Positions 1 through 5,962 of a stretch of DNA of 9,989 nt are shown here, in pieces. Origin of the DNA: Candidatus Nanopusillus sp. (GTDB lineage Archaea > Nanobdellota > Nanobdellia > Nanobdellales > Nanobdellaceae); the NCBI GenBank assembly GCA_049414405.1, contig JBMSAQ010000031.1, positions 1-9,989 of the forward strand, given 5' to 3'. The position numbers and the translations under genes were made by a program. The number at the start of each line of letters is the position of its first letter. The first letter of the stretch is position 1. The notes under the pieces are model-generated. The model was not told where the DNA came from. It searched no databases and saw only the letters and a program-made list of their open reading frames with translations.

Positions 1-140
1 CTAAATAAAAGAGCCAATACTCCAAAAATAGTTATAAAATATAAACCAGTATAATAAGCTATTGAAAGAAGAGCTACCATTATTAATAAAGCAAGAAAAA
101 ATTGAGAAAAGTTTTGTTTAATTGGATTATTGGTATTCAT
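1..140 (-). CDS. Small hydrophobic (membrane) protein, N-terminal part only; continues past the window start
   Basis: The minus-strand frame is open from 155 to the window edge. The first ATG is at 140, overlapping the stop of gene 127..486 by 14 nt; an alternative ATG is at 80. The translation MNTNNPIKQNFSQFFLALLIMVALLSIAYYTGLYFITIFGVLALLF... looks like a transmembrane helix. Codons are almost all A/T-ending, like the neighbouring genes. It is not in the ORF track because it is truncated. Confidence 0.4.
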   Translation of the reverse strand, partial: MNTNNPIKQNFSQFFLALLIMVALLSIAYYTGLYFITIFGVLALLF

Positions 141-486
141 ATTTTGTTTCTTTTTCTACAACAGTCCCATCCAAGTATGTTATAATTGTTTTTATTATCT
201 TTTTAACTCTTTTTGGTTTAAGTTTATATATTAGATTTGAAGTATATATTGATATTATAGCACCAATTATTGATAATACTAATATAATAAAGAAAATTAT
301 TGTAGATTCAGATTTATATGAAGCAGCCATACCAATAAGAGCAAGAGGTACCATTAAAAGCAAAAGAAAGCCATTAGCATCTATCACATTATGTATTTTA
401 TTTAATGTTTCATAATCTATAAGAATTCCTTTTTTATTTGATTGATCTATATTTGTATTTTGTTGTTGTGTTTGTGTTTCATCCAT
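127..486 (-). CDS. Hypothetical small membrane protein (119 aa, two predicted TM helices)
   Basis: The ORF starts with ATG. A TTTAAATT TATA-like box at 511-518 is centred about 28 nt upstream of the ATG at 486, the leaderless pattern seen across the window. There are two hydrophobic stretches (FLLLLMVPLALIGMAA and IIFFIILVLSIIGAIISIY), a polar Q/N-rich N-terminus and a basic C-terminus. Confidence 0.7.
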   Translation of the reverse strand: MDETQTQQQNTNIDQSNKKGILIDYETLNKIHNVIDANGFLLLLMVPLALIGMAASYKSESTIIFFIILVLSIIGAIISIYTSNLIYKLKPKRVKKIIKTIITYLDGTVVEKETKYEYQ

Positions 487-539
487 AATACTTATATATA
501 TAATTAAACTTTTAAATTTTTCTTAATTCTTCTTGATCT

Positions 540-1016
540 TTATTCATTTTCTTTATGTATGCGTGAAGCAATTTTAAGTATTATATAGAAAGTACCAAAA
601 AGAAACATTACTGAAGCAATACCTATCGCTATTTTTGTTTCTGTACTTACTGGAAAATAATCTAAAAAGAATATTATCATTATTGGAGCTATTATTATGG
701 ATAAAATAATTGCTGAAAGTATTTTATCACTAAGAGTCATATCTTTTGTACATTTTTCCCTTTTTAACATACATTCATATTCCTCATTAATTAAGTCGGG
801 TAAATAAATCATCATCATAATAGTACCTATAAAACCTATTATACTGAGTATAAAAGCAAATATTAGACTAATATATAACTCATCTATTGGTTTCTCAAAA
901 TATAGATTTAATAAAGAAAATGTTACAAAAAGAGGAGTTGGGGTTGCTAAAAATAATAAAAATAAAGCCTTTTTAACTTTGTTTTTCCATTTTTCTTTAA
1001 CTTCTTTTATGTCCAT
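540..1016 (-). CDS. Hypothetical polytopic membrane protein (158 aa, about 4 TM helices)
   Basis: The ORF starts with ATG. CTTTATAAG at 1039-1047 is centred about 27 nt upstream of the ATG. There are four long hydrophobic segments. No recognisable family motif was seen. Confidence 0.75.
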   Translation of the reverse strand: MDIKEVKEKWKNKVKKALFLLFLATPTPLFVTFSLLNLYFEKPIDELYISLIFAFILSIIGFIGTIMMMIYLPDLINEEYECMLKREKCTKDMTLSDKILSAIILSIIIAPIMIIFFLDYFPVSTETKIAIGIASVMFLFGTFYIILKIASRIHKENE

Positions 1017-1020
1017 AATA

Positions 1021-1194
1021 TTATTTTTTATAAGAAGCTTTATAAGTTTTATGTTTGTGGTTTTTGGGTACTTTTAACCATATTTTATTCTGATTTTTAA
1101 ACCCTCGGGATACGGCTAAATATGATACAATTATAGCAATAATTAACCCTAAAAATAGCATGAAAAGAAGTGTTAATACAGTAGATCCTCTCAT
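1021..1194 (-). CDS. Unannotated small membrane protein (57 aa), first gene of the minus-strand membrane cluster
   Basis: Hand translation from ATG 1194 to TAA 1023-1021 gives MRGSTVLTLLFMLFLGLIIAIIVSYLAVSRGFKNQNKIWLKVPKNHKHKTYKASYKK. This is one TM helix plus a basic tail. CTTTATAAGTTT at 1216-1227 is centred about 26 nt upstream of the ATG. The ORF is below the apparent length cutoff of the supplied track. Confidence 0.5.
   Translation of the reverse strand: MRGSTVLTLLFMLFLGLIIAIIVSYLAVSRGFKNQNKIWLKVPKNHKHKTYKASYKK
1039..1050 (-). promoter_or_regulatory. TATA-box promoter element for gene 540..1016
   Basis: The 12-mer CTTTATAAGTTT is identical to the one at 1216-1227. It lies at the same distance (about 27 nt) from a minus-strand ATG. 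Confidence 0.5.
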
Positions 1195-1215
1195 ATTATC
1201 ATTTATATATTAGAC

Positions 1216-1227
1216 CTTTATAAGTTT
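1216..1227 (-). promoter_or_regulatory. TATA-box promoter element for small ORF 1021..1194
   Basis: This is the second copy of CTTTATAAGTTT, centred about 26 nt upstream of the ATG at 1194. Confidence 0.5.
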
Positions 1228-1338
1228 CTGCCCATCGGGGCCTATTGGCATAAAATTCTGCTATTATTTAAGAAGGTTTTTTCATGACCTCTCTTAGGGC
1301 AGCAAATTCTGCTCCTAATAAGGGCATAGAATTATGCC
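1226..1338. promoter_or_regulatory. Cluster of operator-like dyad sites (GGCA-N7-TGC type) in a divergent promoter region
   Basis: Three related sites are present: GGCATAAAATTCTGC (1247-1261), GGCAGCAAATTCTGC (1298-1312) and GGCATAGAATTATGCC (1323-1338). The last is a 6-4-6 palindrome, GGCATA/TATGCC. An extra TTCTGCC half-site lies at 1226-1232. All lie between the TATA box at 1216-1224 (minus) and the one at 1356-1365 (plus). Confidence 0.5.
1275..1299. repeat. Left copy of the shared motif GGTTTTT(T)CATGACC...CTCT(T/A)A
   Basis: GGTTTTTTCATGACCTCTCTTAGGG here matches GGTTTTTCATGACC[CCCACCCC]CTCTAAAG at 7132-7162. Both copies are intergenic and each lies next to a short GC-rich tract. Confidence 0.45.
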
Positions 1339-1385
1339 ACTACATAATGTATAAATTTTTAAAAAGCCAAAACAAACATTAATAT

Positions 1386-2018
1386 ATGTTTGAAAACAAC
1401 TACATAATAGATATAATTAGAGATGCTGAAGGTTATAAGTTTGTTGTAAGAGATATCTCTACTAATGTAGTTAAAACTTTTAATAACAGTAATTATGTAA
1501 TACAACAAACATTAAGAGACGTATCTAATCTAATAGAGGCTTCTCATTTGGTACTTTATGGTAGAGTACGTAATTACCGAGATGGAAATTTTATTTTTGA
1601 TCTATTTAAGAAAGTAATATTTGTTATATTACTAGAGCAAAATCTATCTTATTTAGCAAATGCTAATGGTTATAGAATACATTATCCAGACTTTTCTTAT
1701 TATGCAGCTACTTTGTATAAATTCTATAAAGTATTTGTTAACCCAAACACTACACTAAACCTTCAAGAGTTTATTTTAATTATCGGTCCACTATTAACTA
1801 GAGTAAATATTAACCTTACTAGTAAAGAATTAGTTAACTTATTTGATATATTTGCATTAAATTATTATAAAGCTATAGACTATATATACAAGATGCGTTT
1901 AGGTTTAATATCTACTTCTCACACCCAAACGTCAACATTTACTCAAAATAATACAATAAGTAGGGATAATTTTACTAAAAAAGGCATATCTCGCAATAAT
2001 AAACCAAGACTTTACTAA
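1386..2018 (+). CDS. Hypothetical protein (210 aa), tightly coupled upstream partner of the recombinase; possible distant member of the MGY-paralog family
   Basis: The ORF starts with ATG. TTTTTAAAAA at 1356-1365 is centred about 25 nt upstream. Its stop is 1 nt before the recombinase ATG. By eye it resembles ORFs 6501..7058 and 7503..8138 in an N-terminal YII-x-hydrophobic-R strand, the segment FKKVIFVILL versus FIAFVFLLKV, and YKFYKVFVNPNTTL versus YQLAYYLKDNDPNIAL. Confidence 0.75.
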   Translation: MFENNYIIDIIRDAEGYKFVVRDISTNVVKTFNNSNYVIQQTLRDVSNLIEASHLVLYGRVRNYRDGNFIFDLFKKVIFVILLEQNLSYLANANGYRIHYPDFSYYAATLYKFYKVFVNPNTTLNLQEFILIIGPLLTRVNINLTSKELVNLFDIFALNYYKAIDYIYKMRLGLISTSHTQTSTFTQNNTISRDNFTKKGISRNNKPRLY

Positions 2019-2019
2019 A

Positions 2020-2598
2020 ATGGATAGAGTACCTAAACATTGGGTAAAATTTATAGGAGGAAAACCCCCAACATTTGAAGAATTATACCATATAATTAGA
2101 TCTAATTTAGAGCAATATTATAATCTAGTAAGATTACCAAACCCTAAAAGGCAACATATTAAAAGATTTATGTATTATGCTATAGCTTACTTACAAATAA
2201 CTAACGGGTTAAGAGCTTCAGAGGCAATTTATGCTTTAAAAGAATTCTTAACAAAAGGTAATAAAAAGTTTACTATATTAGCAGAAAAATCAAATAAGGA
2301 AAGATGGGTTATTATATTTGAACCTTTAGTATCAATGGCACCAGTATTAAGAACATATTTAGACACTTTAAAAAATATTAACAGAGGGAATTATAAAGAA
2401 TTCTTAAGGTATAATATGGGAATAAACCCACATACATTAAGGTATGTATTCATAGCAAAAGCCCTTAAAATGATTGGAGTTGAAGATACTATGGTATATA
2501 TGGGTTATGCGTCACCAAAACATTTAATAGAATATTATAGAATAATTAGATCTAAAGAAAATTTAGAAGAATTTATAAATAAGATCATAAATTATTAA
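2020..2598 (+). CDS. Tyrosine recombinase / integrase, catalytic domain only (192 aa)
   Basis: The motifs occur in the canonical order and spacing. These are NGLRASE (Arg65), AEKSNKERWVI (Lys in the beta-hairpin), HTLRY (His138-x-x-Arg141), and MGYASPKHLIEYY. In the last, Tyr163 sits at the usual His/Trp position and the nucleophile Tyr173 lies 10 residues later. By eye this compares with the XerA/XerCD signatures GLRxSE, GKGxKER, HxLRH and LGHxxxxxTxxY. Confidence 0.85.
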   Translation: MDRVPKHWVKFIGGKPPTFEELYHIIRSNLEQYYNLVRLPNPKRQHIKRFMYYAIAYLQITNGLRASEAIYALKEFLTKGNKKFTILAEKSNKERWVIIFEPLVSMAPVLRTYLDTLKNINRGNYKEFLRYNMGINPHTLRYVFIAKALKMIGVEDTMVYMGYASPKHLIEYYRIIRSKENLEEFINKIINY

Positions 2599-2602
2599 TA
2601 GT

Positions 2603-2995
2603 ATGGGTATATTCTTTAAAATAAAAAATCTATTTTCTAATAACAAAAATGAAAAGCTCTATTTACATGTAAGAATAGAAGGTTTTGAAGATGTATTAGT
2701 AAAAGTTTTAGAAGATGAAAAAGTTAAAGAATTTTGGAATGATGTAAAAAAATTATATGGAAAAAATGTGGATGAAAGAGAATTATTTAAAGTTTTTAAG
2801 TTTTATTTATCCGTAATTATAACCATAGATGTTTTAGAAAGAACTAAAACATTTATGAGAATATCAAACTTATTAGATAACAGATATAGTTATGCTTTTT
2901 ATAAAGAACAATTTAATGGAAAATTAGATGAAAAGAAATTTAAAGAATTAGTAGAAAAGATATGGGATTACCATAGCTATATAGCATTAAGATAA
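2603..2995 (+). CDS. Hypothetical protein (130 aa), third gene of the recombinase operon
   Basis: The ATG lies 4 nt after the recombinase stop. The protein is K/E-rich and helical. The gene is followed by a T7 run. Confidence 0.75.
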   Translation: MGIFFKIKNLFSNNKNEKLYLHVRIEGFEDVLVKVLEDEKVKEFWNDVKKLYGKNVDERELFKVFKFYLSVIITIDVLERTKTFMRISNLLDNRYSYAFYKEQFNGKLDEKKFKELVEKIWDYHSYIALR

Positions 2996-3002
2996 TTTTT
3001 TT
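2996..3002 (+). terminator. Oligo-T tract directly after the stop codon (archaeal-type terminator candidate)
   Basis: TAA at 2993-2995 is followed immediately by TTTTTTT. The tract lies in a 35-nt convergent gap. Confidence 0.4.
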
Positions 3003-3030
3003 AGTTTTATATAAAAATATTTTAAATAAA

Positions 3031-3342
3031 TTAAGGAATTTCTACACCTATATTTTCGTTAACCTCCTTTACTACATCCCACACTTTCAAATTCTTAACA
3101 TATATTTTTTTAGGTTCTTTAGTTTTATCATCTACTAATATCACAATTGTTCCTGATACTAATTTTCCTCTTCCAACAACCTCTTCTATTTTATATCCTA
3201 ATCTATTTATATTTCTTGATATTTCTTTTTTGTATCTATCTATTAATTCCTTATCTTTTGCTGCTATTGCTGCATATAGACCTGTAACAAAACCTCTACC
3301 CGTTGGGTTTACCGGTCTTAGTAATTCTACATAGACTTCCAT
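3031..3342 (-). CDS. Hypothetical small alpha/beta protein (103 aa)
   Basis: The ORF starts with ATG. TTTTATAAA at 3364-3372 is centred about 26 nt upstream of the ATG at 3342. No family was recognised. Confidence 0.75.
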   Translation of the reverse strand: MEVYVELLRPVNPTGRGFVTGLYAAIAAKDKELIDRYKKEISRNINRLGYKIEEVVGRGKLVSGTIVILVDDKTKEPKKIYVKNLKVWDVVKEVNENIGVEIP

Positions 3343-3393
3343 AATATTGTTTTAAAAAATAAGTTTTATAAATACTTCTAATGGTTTATAAAA

Positions 3394-3418
3394 GTATTAG
3401 AAATACAATTTCTAATAC
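3394..3418. promoter_or_regulatory. Perfect 25-bp palindrome (11-bp arms, 3-bp spacer): operator candidate
   Basis: GTATTAGAAAT-ACA-ATTTCTAATAC lies between the divergent TATA boxes of genes 3342(-) and 3478(+). A related half-site, ATACTTCTAAT, lies at 3372-3382. Confidence 0.55.
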
Positions 3419-3477
3419 AAAAATTATAAAATGTTTCTTATTATAAAGCTTTTAAATTTTAAGGTATATATTTTATA

Positions 3478-3972
3478 ATGGACCGATTTAATTATGATGA
3501 CTATATAGACACATACCCACCATACGAATATGTATCAAGATATATAAAGGATACATCTGTTTTTGCTTTTATTAGAAGAGATCTTCAACTAGCAAAAAAA
3601 CATATTGAAAAAATTTATCCAATATTAGAATTAATTGAACAATATGCACCTTATTCATCTTATGTACCATACAATAGAGAAATTTATATTTTATTAGATA
3701 ATATAAAAGCACATATTGAAAAATTAAGAGATATTATTGGAAATACAAGATCAAAAGTAAGAAAAATTTCTAGAGAACAAGTTCTTAGTTATTATTTATT
3801 TAGAATTCAAACAGAAATACTTGATGGAATAGAATCTGAAATAGGTGTTCTTCAACATAAGATAAAAAACAATGTTAATGTTTCTAGAGACTTAATTTTA
3901 TTTGTAAGAGAAACTACTAGAAAACTTGATGAATTTGAACGCTTTATAAATGAAATTCAAATGCATATATAA
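3478..3972 (+). CDS. Hypothetical helical / coiled-coil-type protein (164 aa)
   Basis: The ORF starts with ATG. TTTAAATT at 3451-3458 is centred about 24 nt upstream. No family was recognised. Confidence 0.75.
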   Translation: MDRFNYDDYIDTYPPYEYVSRYIKDTSVFAFIRRDLQLAKKHIEKIYPILELIEQYAPYSSYVPYNREIYILLDNIKAHIEKLRDIIGNTRSKVRKISREQVLSYYLFRIQTEILDGIESEIGVLQHKIKNNVNVSRDLILFVRETTRKLDEFERFINEIQMHI

Positions 3973-4024
3973 TTTTTAAGAAAAAGTTATTAAATTTATA
4001 AGAAATACCAAAAATAATTTATAT

Positions 4025-4636
4025 ATGTTAGGCTATATTGATCCAAAAAGTATGAGTACACCAGAAGATAGAATTATAGATAAGCTTGTAATTAAGTATT
4101 ATAATGCTTATAGAAATTTAATAAATTTATCTAAACAGTATAATGGGGTTGTACCTGCAAAAATAGTTCAAAATACTTTAATGGAAATATTTAGATGGGA
4201 AATAATAGAAAGATTTAGAGTACCATTTAGTGTAGAGGGGGATAATGCCGTAATCTTATATCAACCAATTGTATATAAAATTGGTTTCATACCATTTGTT
4301 GGCAATACTTTAAGTAAATTCTTACAAAATACTATATTTCTAATATTTGATAAATTCATATATAGTCCTGAAGAATTTGATGATACATATTACTTTAAAA
4401 TAATTGATTTTATGAAAAGATTATCCATGTATAAACAAAATATTAATAGATCTTACCTAAGAGCTTTCTTATTTAATAATTCAATATCATATTTTGAATA
4501 TAGAACGACCCTTACCTTAAGGGAAGATATTGGATACTTTACATATTTTAAACCATTAGAACCAGATGAAGCAGGTATTAGATTGGCAATAGTTGATCTA
4601 TATTATAGTGTTAAAGATTTAGCTGGGCATAAATAG
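4025..4636 (+). CDS. Hypothetical protein (203 aa)
   Basis: The ORF starts with ATG. TTTATAAG at 3995-4002 is centred about 26 nt upstream. No family was recognised. Confidence 0.75.
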   Translation: MLGYIDPKSMSTPEDRIIDKLVIKYYNAYRNLINLSKQYNGVVPAKIVQNTLMEIFRWEIIERFRVPFSVEGDNAVILYQPIVYKIGFIPFVGNTLSKFLQNTIFLIFDKFIYSPEEFDDTYYFKIIDFMKRLSMYKQNINRSYLRAFLFNNSISYFEYRTTLTLREDIGYFTYFKPLEPDEAGIRLAIVDLYYSVKDLAGHK

Positions 4637-4664
4637 CTTAAGATATTTCTAAAAGAATTCTACT

Positions 4665-4682
4665 ATAGTGCCCCCCACTATT
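4665..4682. promoter_or_regulatory. Short hairpin ATAGTG-CCCCC-CACTAT containing the conserved motif CCCACTATT
   Basis: A 6-bp stem (4665-4670 with 4676-4681) encloses a C-rich loop. CCCACTATT (4674-4682) recurs at 5891-5899, at the equivalent position upstream of the second inactive recombinase paralog. CCACTA also occurs at 1337-1342, upstream of the recombinase operon. Confidence 0.4.
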
Positions 4683-4763
4683 ACTAAACTTGCAAAAAAT
4701 TTAAGGCTCACATATAATAGGTCGAACATTATCCTTTTAAATTTTATATAAAATAGATAATAT

Positions 4764-5303
4764 ATGAAACTACAAATATCAGAAAGGTATTTGTTTTTTG
4801 ATATTCCCAAATTTGTAAAAGAATCACTAATAAATCATTATAGAGATGTGCTTATCTTTAAAGAATCTGTACCAGCTACTTATATAAGATTTTTAGTTTA
4901 TCATGCAATAGCTTACTTTCAATATCTAAATAGTTTTAATACAAAAACTGCAGTAAATCTATATAAGGAATATATCTTATCCGACGGAAAAATTAAAACT
5001 TTTAAATATAAAGAATTGGAAATTCCATTGAATTTTGATGAATTATTGGATGAAGTAAGTAAATATTTAATGAATTATAAAGATATAGTGCAGGGGGTTA
5101 CTACTATTGCCTATACTTCTCACTTAAGATATGGTCATAGAATTCAGCCTACATATATAACTCTCTATAACTTATTAGATGCTTTTAATAAAATTGGGTT
5201 TGATGGATTAGCAGCCCTAAAAAGACATTGGAGAATAATTGATAAGGAGTTTATTCCATATTTGCTAAAAAACTTAAAAAATAATTCTATAAATAAGACA
5301 TGA
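4764..5303 (+). CDS. Tyrosine-recombinase-like paralog with catalytic residues replaced (179 aa)
   Basis: It aligns by eye with ORF 2020..2598. Examples are YIRFLVYHAIAYFQYLNSFNTKTAVNLYKEY against IKRFMYYAIAYLQITNGLRASEAIYALKEF, and HLRYGHRIQPTYITLYNLLDAFNKIGFDG against FLRYNMGINPHTLRYVFIAKALKMIGVED. Arg-I is replaced by Asn, and the HxxR motif by TxxT. TTTTAAAT lies about 25 nt upstream of the ATG. Confidence 0.8.
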   Translation: MKLQISERYLFFDIPKFVKESLINHYRDVLIFKESVPATYIRFLVYHAIAYFQYLNSFNTKTAVNLYKEYILSDGKIKTFKYKELEIPLNFDELLDEVSKYLMNYKDIVQGVTTIAYTSHLRYGHRIQPTYITLYNLLDAFNKIGFDGLAALKRHWRIIDKEFIPYLLKNLKNNSINKT

Positions 5304-5854
5304 GTGAAGAAAAATACACATATCTAGAAAAGATAATTTTAATATTATTGTATCTTTATAATGATAAAATCAGCATTGATAGACTTCATAAAATAGTTTT
5401 TTTAGCTTCTTTAGATCTTAAAGGATTAAAAGAAAAGATGAGTTTTAGACCAAGAATGTATAAGGATATATTTTTTGATCCTGCTGTAGCTGAAGCACTT
5501 GAATTCTTACAAGTTAATAAATTAATAGAAATAAATAATAACATTGTTATATTAACTAAAAATGGTGAAGAAGCAGCCCAATTTCTATTATCAGAACTTT
5601 CTTATAAAGAAAAAGATATATTAGAAGAAGTTTTAGATTTATTTAATGGTACTACAGATGATGAAATTTTAGCAATATTTTACTTTAAATTAGATGACAT
5701 CCTAAAAATAATAAAACCCCTATACAGAATAATTAAAAATAGGAAAAAATTAGCTGTAAGTTTATATAGAAAAGGAAAAATTTCAATTGGTGCTGCTTCA
5801 GAGATTGCTGGCATGAATATAAAAGATTTTATGCATCTATTACATAAGATATAA
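5300..5854 (+). CDS. Two-domain DNA-binding protein: N-terminal wHTH (YwgA/Panacea-like by eye) plus C-terminal UPF0175-type HTH
   Basis: The C-terminus KLAVSLYRKGKISIGAASEIAGMNIKDFMHLLHKI matches the UPF0175 signature (LELYRxGKISLGKAAELAGMSxxEFxxLL). The N-terminal part (RLHKIVFLASLD...FRPRMYKDIFFDPAVAEALEFLQVNKLIE) resembles the KLQKLxY...YGPxSxEL...L pattern of YwgA/DUF4065-like wHTH domains. An ATGA overlap joins it to the upstream gene. Confidence 0.8.
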   Translation: MSEEKYTYLEKIILILLYLYNDKISIDRLHKIVFLASLDLKGLKEKMSFRPRMYKDIFFDPAVAEALEFLQVNKLIEINNNIVILTKNGEEAAQFLLSELSYKEKDILEEVLDLFNGTTDDEILAIFYFKLDDILKIIKPLYRIIKNRKKLAVSLYRKGKISIGAASEIAGMNIKDFMHLLHKI

Positions 5855-5890
5855 CCTAAAAGTCGTTAGTATAAATAAAGCTTGTAGAAG

Positions 5891-5899
5891 CCCACTATT
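5891..5899. promoter_or_regulatory. Second copy of the conserved intergenic motif CCCACTATT
   Basis: The same 9-mer lies at 4674-4682. In both cases it is preceded by CTAAAAG and followed by CCTTTTAWA (the TATA box) and then the ATG of an inactive recombinase paralog. Confidence 0.4.
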
Positions 5900-5962
5900 T
5901 TAACAAATCTGTTTCTATACTTTTTTATTTCCTTTTATAAGATTTTTTCACATAGTTATTTT

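Noticed and set aside
122-415. Plus-strand 97-aa ORF from the supplied track
   Set aside because: It starts with TTG and has no TATA box at the expected distance. It lies entirely antisense to the better-supported minus-strand gene 127..486, which has an ATG, a correctly spaced TATA box and a sensible TM topology. Its hydrophobicity is the mirror image expected of a shadow ORF.
1053-1061. The 9-mer GTTTGTGGT shared between 1053-1061 and 7348-7356
   Set aside because: The match is short and has no extended similarity on either side. The first copy lies inside a coding region (the small ORF 1021..1194). It is treated as coincidence.
1283-1300. Tiny minus-strand ORFs starting at the CAT of the shared CATGACC motif (MKKPS at the left copy, a 19-aa ORF at the right copy)
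   Set aside because: The two translations differ completely in length and sequence despite the shared DNA motif. The conservation is therefore at the nucleotide level, not the peptide level.
2050-2062. The GGAGG-like string (ATAGGAGGAAAA) as a Shine-Dalgarno site
   Set aside because: It lies inside the recombinase coding sequence (encoding IGGK) and no start codon follows it. No gene in the window has an SD-like motif upstream of its start.
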